Sequence record: KX130862
Length of the DNA: 64,000 nucleotides
Strand: one strand, 5' to 3'
Source of the DNA: Shigella phage SHFML-26
Both the position numbers and the translations under genes were made by a program. Below are positions 39,098 through 57,338 of this stretch, piece after piece. How positions within the stretch are numbered: position 1 is the first letter of the stretch; each line of letters begins with the position of its first letter. The notes below the pieces were generated by a model that worked only from the letters and a program-made list of their open reading frames with translations, searched no databases and was not told the origin of the DNA.

Positions 39098-41080
39098 ATG
39101 GCAAATACCCCTGTAAATTATCAATTAACAAGAACAGCAAATGCTATTCCCGAGATATTCGTCGGGGGTACGTTTGCTGAAATAAAACAAAACCTCATTG
39201 AATGGCTTAATGGCCAAAATGAATTTTTGGATTATGATTTTGAAGGCTCAAGATTAAACGTTCTGTGTGACCTTTTGGCTTATAATACGCTGTACATTCA
39301 GCAGTTTGGTAATGCTGCTGTATATGAAAGCTTTATGCGTACTGCTAACTTACGAAGCTCAGTTGTTCAAGCTGCACAAGATAACGGATATTTACCTACT
39401 TCAAAATCCGCTGCGCAAACCGAAATTATGTTAACATGCACCGACGCATTGAATAGGAATTACATTACTATTCCTCGTGGTACTCGCTTTTTAGCATATG
39501 CAAAGGATACTTCTGTTAATCCATATAACTTCGTTTCTACCGAAGACGTTATTGCTATTCGTGATAAAAATAACCAATATTTTCCACGTTTAAAATTGGC
39601 CCAGGGACGTATAGTAAGAACTGAAATCATTTATGATAAATTAACACCTATTATCATTTATGACAAAAATATAGATAGAAACCAAGTTAAACTATATGTC
39701 GATGGAGCAGAATGGATTAACTGGACAAGAAAGTCAATGGTTCATGCTGGTTCTACATCAACAATTTACTACATGCGTGAAACTATTGATGGAAATACTG
39801 AGTTTTATTTTGGTGAAGGCGAGATTTCTGTTAATGCGGCAGAAGGAGCATTGACTGCTAATTATATTGGAGGTCTTAAACCTACCCAGAACTCTACGAT
39901 TGTTATTGAGTACATCAGTACTAATGGTGCTGACGCGAACGGAGCAGTCGGATTTTCATACGCAGATACATTAACAAATATAACTATCATCAATATTAAT
40001 GAAAATCCAAACGGTGACCCAGATTTTGTTGGGGCAGATGGAGGCGGTGATCCAGAAGATATTGAGCGTATTCGCGAATTGGGTACTATTAAACGCGAAA
40101 CCCAGCAACGATGCGTAACTGCGACTGACTATGATACATTCGTTTCAGAGAGATTTGGTTCTATTATTCAAGCTGTTCAAACTTTCACTGATTCTACTAA
40201 ACCCGGGTATGCATTTATTGCTGCTAAACCTAAATCAGGACTGTATTTAACTACTGTACAGCGTGAAGATATTAAAAATTATCTCAAAGACTATAATTTA
40301 GCTCCTATTACGCCATCAATTATTTCTCCTAATTATCTTTTTATTAAGACTAATTTAAAAGTCACATATGCTTTAAATAAACTACAAGAATCCGAGCAGT
40401 GGCTTGAAGGTCAAATAATTGATAAAATTGATCGCTATTATACCGAAGATGTAGAAATTTTTAACTCGTCTTTCGCTAAATCTAAGATGTTAACTTATGT
40501 AGATGATGCAGATCATTCTGTCATTGGTTCATCAGCGACTATTCAAATGGTTCGTGAAGTACAAAACTTCTATAAAACACCTGAAGCAGGTATTAAATAC
40601 AATAATCAAATAAAAGATCGTTCTATGGAATCTAATACGTTTTCATTTAATTCTGGACGAAAGGTTGTAAATCCTGATACTGGTTTAGAAGAAGATGTAT
40701 TATATGATGTTCGTATAGTATCAACAGACCGAGATTCTAAAGGAATTGGTAAAGTTATTATTGGTCCATTTGCTTCTGGCGATGTTACAGAAAATGAAAA
40801 CATTCAGCCATATACAGGCAATGATTTTAATAAATTAGCAAATTCTGATGGACGCGACAAATACTATGTTATCGGTGAAATAAATTATCCGGCTGACATG
40901 ATTTATTGGAATATCGCTAAAATTAATTTAACATCTGAAAAATTTGAGGTTCAGACTATTGAATTATATTCTGACCCAACCGATGATGTTATCTTTACCC
41001 GTGATGGTTCACTGATTGTATTTGAAAATGATTTACGTCCGCAATACTTAACTATCGATTTGGAGCCTATATCACAATGA
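39098..41080 (+). CDS. 6: baseplate wedge subunit gp6
   Basis: 660 aa. Confidence 0.9.
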   Translation: MANTPVNYQLTRTANAIPEIFVGGTFAEIKQNLIEWLNGQNEFLDYDFEGSRLNVLCDLLAYNTLYIQQFGNAAVYESFMRTANLRSSVVQAAQDNGYLPTSKSAAQTEIMLTCTDALNRNYITIPRGTRFLAYAKDTSVNPYNFVSTEDVIAIRDKNNQYFPRLKLAQGRIVRTEIIYDKLTPIIIYDKNIDRNQVKLYVDGAEWINWTRKSMVHAGSTSTIYYMRETIDGNTEFYFGEGEISVNAAEGALTANYIGGLKPTQNSTIVIEYISTNGADANGAVGFSYADTLTNITIININENPNGDPDFVGADGGGDPEDIERIRELGTIKRETQQRCVTATDYDTFVSERFGSIIQAVQTFTDSTKPGYAFIAAKPKSGLYLTTVQREDIKNYLKDYNLAPITPSIISPNYLFIKTNLKVTYALNKLQESEQWLEGQIIDKIDRYYTEDVEIFNSSFAKSKMLTYVDDADHSVIGSSATIQMVREVQNFYKTPEAGIKYNNQIKDRSMESNTFSFNSGRKVVNPDTGLEEDVLYDVRIVSTDRDSKGIGKVIIGPFASGDVTENENIQPYTGNDFNKLANSDGRDKYYVIGEINYPADMIYWNIAKINLTSEKFEVQTIELYSDPTDDVIFTRDGSLIVFENDLRPQYLTIDLEPISQ

Positions 41081-44000
41081 CAGTAAAAGCACCTTCAGTC
41101 ACTAGTCTCAGAATTTCCAAGTTATCCGCAAATCAGGTGCAAGTACGCTGGGATGACGTTGGTGCTAATTTCTACTATTTTGTAGAAATCGCTGAGACAA
41201 AAACAGACTCGGGGGAAAATCTCCCGAGTGATCAATATCGTTGGATTAATTTAGGATATACAGCAAACAATAGTTTCTTTTTTGATGATGCTGATCCACT
41301 AACATCATACATCATTAGAGTAGCTACAGCTGCACAAGATTTTGAGCAATCTGATTGGGTTTATACGGAAGAGTTTGAAACTTTTGCTACGAATGCTTAC
41401 ACATTTCAAAACATGATTGAAATGCAATTAGCCAATAAATTCATTCAGGAAAAGTTTACTCTTAACAATTCTAATTATGTCAATTTTAATAATGACACTA
41501 TAATGGCTGCATTGATGAATGAATCGTTCCAATTCAGCCCATCATATGTTGATGTTTCATCAATCAGTAATTTTATTATTGGTGAAAATGAGTATCATGA
41601 AATACAAGGTTCCATTCAGCAAGTATGTAAGGATATTAACCGAGTTTATTTGATGGAATCAGAAGGGATTCTATATCTTTTTGAGCGTTATCAACCCGTG
41701 GTTAAAGTATCTAATGATAAAGGACAAACCTGGAAAGCTGTAAAGCTCTTCAATGACCGTGTAGGATATCCTTTATCTAAGACAGTATATTACCAATCTG
41801 CAAACACAACATACGTTCTAGGATACGACAAGATTTTCTACGGCCGTAAATCTACTGATGTTAGATGGTCAGCTGATGATGTCAGATTTAGTTCGCAGGA
41901 TATAACATTTGCTAAACTTGGTGACCAATTGCATCTAGGATTTGATGTAGAAATTTTTGCCACTTATGCGACTTTACCAGCGAATGTATACCGCATTGCA
42001 GAAGCTATTACTTGCACCGATGATTACATTTACGTTGTCGCCAGAGATAAAGTTAGATACATAAAAACGAGTAATGCACCTATAGATTCTGATCCATTAT
42101 CTCCAACATATTCGGAAAGACTTTTTGAACCTGATACAATGACTATAACTGGAAATCCTAAAGCAGTATGCTATAAAATGGATTCTATCGGTGATAAAGT
42201 TTTTGCTCTTATTATTGGTGAAGTTGAAACATTAAATGCCAATCCGAGAACTTCAAAAATAATTGATTCTGCTGATAAAGGAATATATGTTTTAAATCAT
42301 GACGAAAAAACATGGAAAAGAGTTTTCGGTAATACCGAAGAAGAAAGAAGACGTATTCAACCCGGATATGCGAATATGTCAACTGACGGTAAATTAGTTT
42401 CTCTATCTTCGAGTAATTTTAAATTTTTAAGTGATAACATTGTTAATGACCCTGAAACTGCAGCAAAATATCAGTTAATCGGTGCTGTTAAATATGAATT
42501 TCCTCGTGAATGGTTAGCTGATAAGCATTATCATATGATGGCATTTATAGCGGATGAAAAATCTGATTGGGAGACTTTTACTCCTCAACCAATGAAATAC
42601 TACGCAGAACCGTTCTTTAACTGGTCTAAAAAATCTAACACACGCTGTTGGATAAACAATTCTGATAGAGCTGTAGTAGTTTATGCTGATTTAAAATACA
42701 CTAAAGTTATAGAAAATATTCCGGAAACATCACCAGATAGATTAGTTCATGAATACTGGGATGATGGTGATTGCACTATAGTAATGCCAAATGTTAAATT
42801 CACTGGATTTAAAAAATATGCATCAGGAATGCTTTTCTATAAAGCCTCCGGTGAAATAATTTCTTACTATGATTTTAACTATCGTGTGAGAGATACAGTA
42901 GAAATTATTTGGAAGCCGACTGGAGTATTTTTAAAAGCATTTTTACAAAACCAAGAGCATGAGACTCCTTGGTCACCAGAAGAAGAGCATGGATTAGCTG
43001 ATCCTGATTTAAGACCATTAATTGGCACAATGATGCCTGATTCTTATTTGTTGCAGGATTCGAATTTTGAGGCATTTTGCGAAGCATATATTCAGTATCT
43101 TTCTGATGGATATGGAACTCAGTATAACAATTTACGAAATTTAATTCGTAATCAGTATCCACGAGAAGAGCATGCATGGGAATATTTGTGGTCAGAGATA
43201 TATAAAAGAAACATTTATTTGAACGCGGATAAGCGAGATGCTGTTGCAAGATTTTTTGAATCACGTAGCTATGATTTTTATTCTACTAAAGGAATTGAAG
43301 CATCATACAAGTTTCTTTTTAAAGTTCTTTATAATGAAGAAGTTGAAATTGAAATTGAATCTGGGGCTGGTACTGAATATGACATAATCGTTCAATCTGA
43401 TTCTTTGACTGAAGATTTAGTAGGACAAACGATTTATACAGCCACAGGAAGATGTAATGTTACTTATATAGAAAGAAGTTATTCTAATGGTAAATTGCAA
43501 TGGACCGTAACTATTCATAATCTTTTGGGAAGATTAATTGCTGGTCAAGAAGTTAAAGCAGAAAGACTCCCTAGTTTTGAAGGCGAAATTATTCGTGGAG
43601 TTAAAGGAAAGGATTTGCTTCAAAACAATATAGACTATATTAATAGAAGTAGATCATACTATGTAATGAAAATTAAATCCAATTTACCTTCTTCCCGCTG
43701 GAAATCTGACGTTATTCGTTTTGTTCATCCAGTAGGATTTGGATTTATAGCAATTACCCTTTTAACGATGTTTATTAATGTTGGTTTAACTCTTAAACAT
43801 ACAGAGACTATAATTAATAAATACAAAAACTATAAATGGGATTCTGGATTGCCTACTGAATATGCTGATAGAGTAGCTAAATTAACTCCAACCGGTGAAA
43901 TTGAGCATGATTCAGTAACAGGCGAAGCAATTTATGAGCCTGGCCCAATGGCTGGTGTAGAATATCCTCTTCCTGATGACTATAATGCTGAAAATAATAA

Positions 44001-44175
44001 TTCAATATTTCAAGGTCAATTGCCGTCTGAACGACGTAAATTAATGAGTCCCCTATTTGATGCTTCTGGAACAACATTTGCGCAATTTAGGGATTTAGTT
44101 AATAAACGTCTAAAAGATAATATAGGAAATCCAAGAGACCCTGAAAATCCAACACAGGTTAAAATAGATGAATGA
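41077..44175 (+). CDS. 7: baseplate wedge initiator gp7
   Basis: 1032 aa. Confidence 0.9.
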   Translation: MTVKAPSVTSLRISKLSANQVQVRWDDVGANFYYFVEIAETKTDSGENLPSDQYRWINLGYTANNSFFFDDADPLTSYIIRVATAAQDFEQSDWVYTEEFETFATNAYTFQNMIEMQLANKFIQEKFTLNNSNYVNFNNDTIMAALMNESFQFSPSYVDVSSISNFIIGENEYHEIQGSIQQVCKDINRVYLMESEGILYLFERYQPVVKVSNDKGQTWKAVKLFNDRVGYPLSKTVYYQSANTTYVLGYDKIFYGRKSTDVRWSADDVRFSSQDITFAKLGDQLHLGFDVEIFATYATLPANVYRIAEAITCTDDYIYVVARDKVRYIKTSNAPIDSDPLSPTYSERLFEPDTMTITGNPKAVCYKMDSIGDKVFALIIGEVETLNANPRTSKIIDSADKGIYVLNHDEKTWKRVFGNTEEERRRIQPGYANMSTDGKLVSLSSSNFKFLSDNIVNDPETAAKYQLIGAVKYEFPREWLADKHYHMMAFIADEKSDWETFTPQPMKYYAEPFFNWSKKSNTRCWINNSDRAVVVYADLKYTKVIENIPETSPDRLVHEYWDDGDCTIVMPNVKFTGFKKYASGMLFYKASGEIISYYDFNYRVRDTVEIIWKPTGVFLKAFLQNQEHETPWSPEEEHGLADPDLRPLIGTMMPDSYLLQDSNFEAFCEAYIQYLSDGYGTQYNNLRNLIRNQYPREEHAWEYLWSEIYKRNIYLNADKRDAVARFFESRSYDFYSTKGIEASYKFLFKVLYNEEVEIEIESGAGTEYDIIVQSDSLTEDLVGQTIYTATGRCNVTYIERSYSNGKLQWTVTIHNLLGRLIAGQEVKAERLPSFEGEIIRGVKGKDLLQNNIDYINRSRSYYVMKIKSNLPSSRWKSDVIRFVHPVGFGFIAITLLTMFINVGLTLKHTETIINKYKNYKWDSGLPTEYADRVAKLTPTGEIEHDSVTGEAIYEPGPMAGVEYPLPDDYNAENNNSIFQGQLPSERRKLMSPLFDASGTTFAQFRDLVNKRLKDNIGNPRDPENPTQVKIDE

Positions 44176-45172
44176 TTCAAGTGTTATCTATCGTGCGATA
44201 GTTACTTCAAAATTTAGAACAGAAAAAATGTTGAATTTTTATAATTCAATTGGAAGTGGTCCGGATAAAAACACTATCTTTATCACATTTGGAAGATCAG
44301 AACCGTGGTCATCAAATGAAAATGAGGTGGGCTTTGCCCCACCTTATCCAACCGATTCTGTATTAGGCGTAACTGACATGTGGACGCATATGATGGGAAC
44401 AGTAAAGGTTCTTCCATCAATGCTTGACGCAGTTATTCCTCGTCGAGATTGGGGAGATACTAGATATCCGGATCCATACACATTTAGAATTAACGATATT
44501 GTAGTGTGTAACTCAGCTCCTTACAACGCTACTGAATCAGGCGCAGGCTGGTTAGTATATCGTTGTTTAGATGTTCCTGATACTGGAATGTGTTCAATCG
44601 CATCTTTAACTGATAAGGATGAATGCCTTAAATTAGGCGGAAAATGGACACCTTCTGTTAGGTCAATGACTCCTCCTGAAGGTCGAGGAGATGCTGAAGG
44701 AACAATTGAACCTGGGGACGGGTATGTATGGGAATATCTTTTTGAGATTCCACCCGATGTATCTATAAATAGATGCACGAATGAATATATTGTGGTTCCT
44801 TGGCCTGAGGAATTAAAAGAAGACCCGACTAGATGGGGATATGAAGATAATCTCACTTGGCAGCAAGATGATTTTGGATTAATTTACCGGGTTAAGGCAA
44901 ATACTATCCGTTTTAAAGCATATTTAGATTCAGTTTATTTTCCTGATGCTGCATTGCCAGGAAATAAAGGATTTAGACAAATATCAATAATCACGAATCC
45001 TCTTGAAGCTAAAGCTCATCCAAATGACCCAAACGTTAAAGCTGAAAAGGATTATTATGACCCAGAAGATTTAATGAGGCATTCGGGCGAAATGATTTAT
45101 ATGGAAAATAGGCCACCTATTATTATGGCAATGGATCAAACAGAAGAAATCAATATTCTGTTTACATTTTAA
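44168..45172 (+). CDS. 8: baseplate wedge subunit gp8
   Basis: 334 aa. Confidence 0.9.
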   Translation: MNDSSVIYRAIVTSKFRTEKMLNFYNSIGSGPDKNTIFITFGRSEPWSSNENEVGFAPPYPTDSVLGVTDMWTHMMGTVKVLPSMLDAVIPRRDWGDTRYPDPYTFRINDIVVCNSAPYNATESGAGWLVYRCLDVPDTGMCSIASLTDKDECLKLGGKWTPSVRSMTPPEGRGDAEGTIEPGDGYVWEYLFEIPPDVSINRCTNEYIVVPWPEELKEDPTRWGYEDNLTWQQDDFGLIYRVKANTIRFKAYLDSVYFPDAALPGNKGFRQISIITNPLEAKAHPNDPNVKAEKDYYDPEDLMRHSGEMIYMENRPPIIMAMDQTEEINILFTF

Positions 45173-45177
45173 ATTAA

Positions 45178-45201
45178 GGGAGCCCATGGGCTCCCTTTTT
45201 T
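45178..45201 (+). terminator. rho-independent terminator
   Basis: Perfect palindrome GGGAGCCCATGGGCTCCC followed by TTTTTT after gene 8 stop. Confidence 0.7.
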
Positions 45202-45204
45202 CTT

Positions 45205-45212
45205 TATAAATA
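45205..45212 (+). promoter_or_regulatory. T4 late promoter TATAAATA (gene 9)
   Basis: TATAAATA about 25 nt upstream of gene 9 ATG. Confidence 0.7.
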
Positions 45213-45236
45213 TTATAAACTCATAAGGAAACCGCT

Positions 45237-46103
45237 ATGTTCATTCAAGAACCAAAGAAATTGATTGATACCGGCGAAATTGGTAACGCTTCTACTGGTG
45301 ATATCTTATTCGACGGTGGTAATAAAATTAATAGTGATTTTAACGCAATTTATAATGCGTTTGGCGATCAGCGTAAAATGGCAGTAGCAAATGGCACTGG
45401 AGCAGATGGTCAAATTATCCATGCTACTGGGTATTATCAAAAACACTCTATTACAGAGTACGCAACTCCAGTGAAAGTTGGCACTAGACATGATATTGAT
45501 ACCTCTACTGTAGGTGTTAAAGTTATTATTGAAAGAGGCGAACTCGGCGATTGTGTTGAATTCATTAACTCTAATGGATCAATATCAGTTACTAATCCTT
45601 TAACAATTCAAGCTATTGATTCAATTAAAGGTGTTTCAGGTAATTTAGTAGTAACTAGCCCATATAGTAAAGTTACTTTACGATGTATTTCATCTGATAA
45701 TTCTACATCTGTTTGGAATTATTCTATTGAAAGTATGTTTGGACAAAAGGAATCACCAGCTGAAGGTACATGGAATATTTCTACATCTGGATCAGTTGAC
45801 ATTCCACTATTTCACCGTACTGAATATAACATGGCTAAATTGTTAGTTACGTGCCAATCGATAGATGGAAGAAAAATTAAAACAGCAGAAATAAATATTC
45901 TTGTGGATAATGTTAATTCAGAGGTCATTTCTTCTGAATATGCTGTCATGCGAGTTGGGAATGAAACCGAAGAAGACGAAATCGCTAATATTGCATTTAG
46001 TATTAAAACCAACTATGTAACGGCGACTATAAGTTCTTCTACCGTTGGCATGAGAGCAGCAGTTAAAGTTATCGCTACGCAGAAAATCGGGGTGGCTCAA
46101 TAA
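45237..46103 (+). CDS. 9: baseplate wedge / long tail fiber socket gp9
   Basis: 288 aa. Confidence 0.9.
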   Translation: MFIQEPKKLIDTGEIGNASTGDILFDGGNKINSDFNAIYNAFGDQRKMAVANGTGADGQIIHATGYYQKHSITEYATPVKVGTRHDIDTSTVGVKVIIERGELGDCVEFINSNGSISVTNPLTIQAIDSIKGVSGNLVVTSPYSKVTLRCISSDNSTSVWNYSIESMFGQKESPAEGTWNISTSGSVDIPLFHRTEYNMAKLLVTCQSIDGRKIKTAEINILVDNVNSEVISSEYAVMRVGNETEEDEIANIAFSIKTNYVTATISSSTVGMRAAVKVIATQKIGVAQ

Positions 46104-47908
46104 TGAAACAAAATATTAATATCGGTAATGTTGTTGATGATGGTACCGGTGACTACCTGCGTAAAGGTGGTATAAAAATAAATGAAAACTTTGATGAACT
46201 TTATTATGAACTTGGCGATGGAGATGTTCCATATTCAGCCGGTGCCTGGAAAACTTATAATGCTTCATCTGGTCAAACATTAAAAGCTAAGTGGGGAAAA
46301 TCATACGCTATTAATACCTCTTCTGGAAGAGTAACTTTACAACTTCCTAAAGGAACTGTTAATGATTATAATAAAGTAATTAGAGCTAGGGATGTATTTG
46401 CAACATGGAACATTAATCCAGTTACTTTAGTAGCTGCTTCTGGAGATACAATTAAAGGGTCGTCATCATCGGTTGAAATTAATACTCAATTTAGTGATTT
46501 AGAGCTCGTTTATTGCGCTCCAGGACGTTGGGAGTATGTCAAAAACAAACAAATTGACAAAATTATTAGTTCAGATATTAGTAATGTAGCACGTAAAGAA
46601 TTTTTAGTCGAAGTTCAAGGACAAACGGACTTTTTAGATGTTTTCCGCGGAACTAGCTATAATGTTAATAACATCCGAGTAAAACACCGTGGTAATGAAT
46701 TATATTACGGCGATGTATTTAGTGAAAACAGTGACTTTGGCTCTCCTGGGGAAAATGAAGGAGAATTGATTCCTCTTGATGGATTTAATATTAGGTTAAG
46801 ACAGCCTTGTAATATTGGTGACACTGTTCAAATTGAAACATTTATGGATGGTATATCACAATGGAGAAGTTCATATACAAGACGCCAAATAAAAGTATTA
46901 GATTCAAAATTAACGTCAAAAACTTCTTTAGAAGGAAGTATTTACGTTACTGATTTATCAACAATGAAATCAATTCCATTCTCTGCATTTGGATTAATTC
47001 CTGGAGAACCTATTAATCCTAATTCTCTTGAAGTTCGTTTTAATGGAATTTTACAACAACAAGCTGGAACAGCAGGATATCCTCTGTTTTTGTGTGAAGG
47101 TGCTAACTCAGATACGCAAGCAGGATGTATATCTCTTGGTGGTGAATGGAAAGAATCGAACACAGATTATTCTATAGAATATGAAGATGGAAAACCTGTC
47201 AGTCTTTTATTTGATAGAAAATTTGAATCAGGTGATATAATCGTTATAACATGGTTTAATAATGATTTAGGAACTCTTTTAGAAAAAGATGACATTATTG
47301 AATTAACTGATGACCGTTATGTTAGTAAAGGATCATCTACTGAAGTTACTGGGGATGTAGCCTTAACAGATTTTGATAAAATCGGTTGGCCAAATGTTGA
47401 AAAAGTTGATTCTTATACTAGAACGTATAATTCAATATCATCTATTTTCGACAGCATTTATCCTGTTGGTTCAATTTATGAAAATGCTATAAACCCAAAT
47501 AATCCGGTGACTTATATGGGATTTGGTTCATGGAAATTATTTGGTAAAGGACAAGTTTTAGTAGGATGGAATGATGATGTTACGGATCCAAACTTTGCTT
47601 TAAACAATAATGATTTAGATTCTAGCGGAAATCCTTCACATACTGCCGGTGGAACAGTTGGTACAACATCAGTAACGCTTGAAAACGCAAATCTTCCTGC
47701 GACTAAAACTGATGAAAGAGTTTTAATTGAAGACGAAAATGGATCAGTTATTATTGGAGGTTGCCAATATGACCCAGACGAAACTGGTCCTATATATACA
47801 AAATATCGTGAAGACTACGCAACAACAAACTCTTCACATACTCCTCCTGCTAATATTAGTAATATTCAACCGTCTATTACTGTATACCGTTGGATAAGGA
47901 TTGCATAA
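46103..47908 (+). CDS. 10: baseplate wedge subunit and tail pin gp10
   Basis: 601 aa. Confidence 0.9.
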   Translation: MKQNINIGNVVDDGTGDYLRKGGIKINENFDELYYELGDGDVPYSAGAWKTYNASSGQTLKAKWGKSYAINTSSGRVTLQLPKGTVNDYNKVIRARDVFATWNINPVTLVAASGDTIKGSSSSVEINTQFSDLELVYCAPGRWEYVKNKQIDKIISSDISNVARKEFLVEVQGQTDFLDVFRGTSYNVNNIRVKHRGNELYYGDVFSENSDFGSPGENEGELIPLDGFNIRLRQPCNIGDTVQIETFMDGISQWRSSYTRRQIKVLDSKLTSKTSLEGSIYVTDLSTMKSIPFSAFGLIPGEPINPNSLEVRFNGILQQQAGTAGYPLFLCEGANSDTQAGCISLGGEWKESNTDYSIEYEDGKPVSLLFDRKFESGDIIVITWFNNDLGTLLEKDDIIELTDDRYVSKGSSTEVTGDVALTDFDKIGWPNVEKVDSYTRTYNSISSIFDSIYPVGSIYENAINPNNPVTYMGFGSWKLFGKGQVLVGWNDDVTDPNFALNNNDLDSSGNPSHTAGGTVGTTSVTLENANLPATKTDERVLIEDENGSVIIGGCQYDPDETGPIYTKYREDYATTNSSHTPPANISNIQPSITVYRWIRIA

Positions 47909-48567
47909 TGAGTTTACTTAATAATAAAGCGGGAGTTATTTCCCGCTTAGCAGATTTTCTTGGTTTTAGAACTAAGAAAAATGATATTTCGGTTATGAAT
48001 AATCAACCGGTAGGCGCTGTAACAATTTCACAAATAGCAAAAGGTTTTTATGACTCAAATGTAGAATCTGCTATCAATGATGTTAGAAATATGGCAGAGC
48101 AACAGGTTGGAGCTGTATTAATTAATATAAGCGGCGTATCTCCTACTGGCGTGCAACAAACCGACTATTGGTCATTTGAAGGAACTGTTACTGATACTTC
48201 AGCCAAACCAGGTGACCCAGTTATTGTTAACATGTTTGGTATTCCAGTTAAAGCTACTAATGGAATGACTTCAATTGAATTTACTAGTGCTGTTAGAACA
48301 GCTCTACAGGAAATGGTTGTAAAATTTATTGCAATTGATTCATTTGAAGACCATCCTACTATAGGGAATAAAATACAAGTTAAGTATTTAGATAACCAAG
48401 AACATATCTTAGAGCAATACTCTGATAAAGGAATTACTTTCAAACAAGAAATAATTTCTCCTTCTAAACCCGGGTATGGAACTTGGCAATTATTAGGTGC
48501 GCAAACTGTTACGCTAGATAGTCACACACAACCTACAGTATTTTATTATTTTGAGAGAATAGCATGA
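47908..48567 (+). CDS. 11: baseplate wedge subunit and tail pin gp11
   Basis: 219 aa from [12 protein letters not shown]. Confidence 0.9.
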   Translation: MSLLNNKAGVISRLADFLGFRTKKNDISVMNNQPVGAVTISQIAKGFYDSNVESAINDVRNMAEQQVGAVLINISGVSPTGVQQTDYWSFEGTVTDTSAKPGDPVIVNMFGIPVKATNGMTSIEFTSAVRTALQEMVVKFIAIDSFEDHPTIGNKIQVKYLDNQEHILEQYSDKGITFKQEIISPSKPGYGTWQLLGAQTVTLDSHTQPTVFYYFERIA

Positions 48568-50120
48568 GTAACAATACATATCAGCACGTATCAAATGAAT
48601 CAAAATATGTTAAATTCGATCCTACTGGATCGAATTTTCCTGGCACTGTTACGACAGTACAGTCTGCATTATCAAAAATAAGTAATATCGGCGTAAATGG
48701 TATTCCTGATGCAACTATGGAAGTTAAAGGAATAGCAATGATTGCATCAGAGCAAGAGGTTTTAGATGGAACAAATAATTCTAAAATCGTTACACCAGCT
48801 ACATTAGCAACAAGATTATTGTATCCAAACGCTACTGAAACTAAATATGGTTTAACGCGCTATTCAACAAATGAAGAAACATTAGAAGGCTCAGATAATA
48901 ATTCATCAATAACGCCTCAAAAACTGAAATACCATACTGATGATGTGTTCCGAAATAGATATTCATCTGAGTCATCAAACGGGGTTATTAAAATATCATC
49001 TACGCCTGCAGCTTTGGCTGGTGTCGATGATACTACGGCGATGACTCCGTTGAAAACCCAAAAACTTGCAATAAAATTAATTTCACAAATAGCTCCTTCA
49101 GAAGACACTGCAACAGAATCTGTGAGAGGAGTAGTTCAATTATCTACTGTTGCACAAACTCGTCAAGGAACTCTCCGTGAAGGATATGCAATTTCCCCGT
49201 ATACCTTTATGAATTCTGTTGCAACACAAGAATATAAGGGTGTTATACGTCTAGGAACACAAGCAGAAATTAATAATAATTTGGGGGATGTTGCAGTAAC
49301 AGGTGAAACACTAAATGGTCGAGGAGCTACTGGTTCTATGCGTGGAGTAGTAAAATTAACGACGCAAGCTGGTATTGCTCCTGAAGGTGATAGCTCTGGG
49401 GCATTAGCCTGGAACGCAGATGTAATTAATACTCGTGGTGGACAAACTATTAATGGTTCTTTAAATTTAGACCATCTTACAGCAAATGGAATTTGGTCGC
49501 GCGGCGGAATGTGGAAAAATGGCGATCAACCTGTTGCCACTGAAAGATATGCGTCCGAACGGGTTCCGGTTGGAACTATTATGATGTTTGCGGGTGATTC
49601 AGCACCTCCAGGTTGGATTATGTGTCATGGTGGAACTGTGTCAGGAGACCAATATCCTGATTATAGAAACACGGTTGGAACAAGATTTGGCGGGGATTGG
49701 AATAATCCAGGGATTCCTGATATGCGAGGTCTTTTCGTCAGAGGAGCGGGCACCGGCGGTCATATTTTAAATCAACGAGGACAAGATGGTTATGGGAAGG
49801 ATAGACTTGGTGTAGGATGTGATGGAATGCATGTTGGCGGTGTTCAAGCACAGCAAATATCATACCATAAACATGCTGGTGCCTGGGGGGAAAATGGAAA
49901 TAACAGAGGTTATGCACCGTTTGGCGCATCTAATGGCAATGGATATTTGGGCAATGGTAGAAGCGCCGACTGGGACAACCATTTGTTCTTTACTAATGAC
50001 GGATTTGAAATGGGTGGTCCTCGTGACTCGTTCGGCACGTTAAATCGCGAAGGATTAATTGGTTATGAAACTAGACCATGGAATATATCATTAAACTATA
50101 TTATTAAAATTCATTACTAA
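48564..50120 (+). CDS. 12: short tail fiber gp12
   Basis: 518 aa; C-terminal receptor-binding region with HKH motif. Confidence 0.9.
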   Translation: MSNNTYQHVSNESKYVKFDPTGSNFPGTVTTVQSALSKISNIGVNGIPDATMEVKGIAMIASEQEVLDGTNNSKIVTPATLATRLLYPNATETKYGLTRYSTNEETLEGSDNNSSITPQKLKYHTDDVFRNRYSSESSNGVIKISSTPAALAGVDDTTAMTPLKTQKLAIKLISQIAPSEDTATESVRGVVQLSTVAQTRQGTLREGYAISPYTFMNSVATQEYKGVIRLGTQAEINNNLGDVAVTGETLNGRGATGSMRGVVKLTTQAGIAPEGDSSGALAWNADVINTRGGQTINGSLNLDHLTANGIWSRGGMWKNGDQPVATERYASERVPVGTIMMFAGDSAPPGWIMCHGGTVSGDQYPDYRNTVGTRFGGDWNNPGIPDMRGLFVRGAGTGGHILNQRGQDGYGKDRLGVGCDGMHVGGVQAQQISYHKHAGAWGENGNNRGYAPFGASNGNGYLGNGRSADWDNHLFFTNDGFEMGGPRDSFGTLNREGLIGYETRPWNISLNYIIKIHY

Positions 50121-50129
50121 GGATTACAA

Positions 50130-51587
50130 ATGATTGAATTAAAAGATTTACCTTTTGTTGATAGCGTTCCTGGCGAAGGTCAGGAACGTATTTCATGGAT
50201 TAAAAATGGTGAAGAAATACTAGGAGCTAGTACTAAGTATGGAAACGATGGATCAATGAATAGACCAACTGTTTCCGTGTTTAAAAATGTCGAAGTTCTT
50301 GATGAAAATGTGGGAATTCTTAAAACTGCCATTGAAACATCGCAGAAAGATATTAAAACAATTCAAGGAGTTTTAGATGTATCAGGAGATATAGAAGCAC
50401 TATCGCAGATCAGTGTTAATAAAAATGACATATCAAATTTAAAGACACTTACTAATGAACACACTGATATATTAACTGGAACTAATAATACAGTTGACAA
50501 AATTATTGCTGATATAGGTCCATTTAATGATGAAGAAAACTCTGTTTATAGAACAATTAGAAATGATTTATTGTGGATTAAACAAGAACTAGGGCAATAT
50601 TCTGGCCAAGACATTAACGGTCTTCCTGTTGTTGGTAATGCTAGCACAGGAATGAAACATAGAATAATAACAAATAGTACATTATTATCTTCACAAGGCA
50701 TTCGTTTAAGTGAATTAGAAAATAAATTTACTGAATCTGACGTAGGATCATTGACGGTTGAAGTTGGTAAATTACGCGATGAACTTGGTAATAAACCAGT
50801 AGATTTTGGGCCAAATATTTATAATAGATTAAGCATTATAGATGATAAACAGTCTTTAATAAATTCTGATATAGCAGAAATTAAATCTTCTATTGGATAT
50901 CCAGAAAATGTTTCTATAATAACAGAAATTAATAATAACAAAAGTAGCATTGAATCTATTAATAATGAATTAAATCAGAGTGAAGGTGTTAAACAGCGCT
51001 TAACGGCTATTGAAACTTCTATAGGTTCAGATGATATTCCTTCTAGTATTAAAGGAAAAATTAAAAATCACACAACTTCTATTGAGTCTTTAAACGGAAT
51101 TGTTGGTGAAAACACTTCGTCTGGTTTAAGAGCGAATGTTTCGTGGTTAAATCAAATTGTTGGAACTGACTCCAGCGGAGGACAACCGTCTCCTTCTGGA
51201 TCTCTATTAAATAAAGTTTCAGTGCTTGAAGGAGAAGTTTCAGTTTTAAACAATAATGTTCAAAATATACAAGTTGAAATAGGAAATAATAGAACAGGAA
51301 TTAAAGGTCAAGTTATTGAACTTACTTCACTTATAAATGGAAATAATCCTGACGGATCAACTGTTGAAGAACGAGGATTAACTAATTCTATAAAAACGAA
51401 TGAAACTAATATTGCGGCAGTCACGCAGGAAGTAAATACAGTTAAAGACGATATATCCTCTTTACAGAGCAGCGTTCAATCTCTACAAGAAGCGGGTTAT
51501 ATTCCTGAAGCTCCAAGAGATGGGCAAGCTTACGTTCGTAAAGACGGCGAATGGGTACTACTTTCTACCTTTTTATCACCAGCATAA
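50130..51587 (+). CDS. wac: fibritin (whisker) with C-terminal foldon
   Basis: 485 aa coiled coil; ends [27 protein letters not shown] foldon. Confidence 0.95.
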   Translation: MIELKDLPFVDSVPGEGQERISWIKNGEEILGASTKYGNDGSMNRPTVSVFKNVEVLDENVGILKTAIETSQKDIKTIQGVLDVSGDIEALSQISVNKNDISNLKTLTNEHTDILTGTNNTVDKIIADIGPFNDEENSVYRTIRNDLLWIKQELGQYSGQDINGLPVVGNASTGMKHRIITNSTLLSSQGIRLSELENKFTESDVGSLTVEVGKLRDELGNKPVDFGPNIYNRLSIIDDKQSLINSDIAEIKSSIGYPENVSIITEINNNKSSIESINNELNQSEGVKQRLTAIETSIGSDDIPSSIKGKIKNHTTSIESLNGIVGENTSSGLRANVSWLNQIVGTDSSGGQPSPSGSLLNKVSVLEGEVSVLNNNVQNIQVEIGNNRTGIKGQVIELTSLINGNNPDGSTVEERGLTNSIKTNETNIAAVTQEVNTVKDDISSLQSSVQSLQEAGYIPEAPRDGQAYVRKDGEWVLLSTFLSPA

Positions 51588-51590
51588 CAT

Positions 51591-51606
51591 GGGGCCGCAA
51601 GGCCCC
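51591..51606 (+). terminator. hairpin (GCAA tetraloop) after wac; possible terminator/RNA stability element
   Basis: GGGGCC-GCAA-GGCCCC 4 nt after wac stop; no strong U-run. Confidence 0.45.
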
Positions 51607-51618
51607 AAAGGATTTTAA

Positions 51619-54128
<2,510 letters not shown>

Positions 54129-54169
54129 TAAATATTATAAACTAATTAAAGCCCAAATTAGGAGAAATC

Positions 54170-57310
<3,141 letters not shown>

Positions 57311-57338
57311 TATTAAAGCATATTAAAGAGGATTAAAA

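Noticed and set aside
42905-43264. 119-aa minus-strand ORF inside gene 7 (similar antisense ORFs inside genes 5, 6, 8, 9, 10, 11, 12, 17, 18, 19, 22)
   Set aside because: Antisense to long, well-supported structural genes; no promoter or RBS context.
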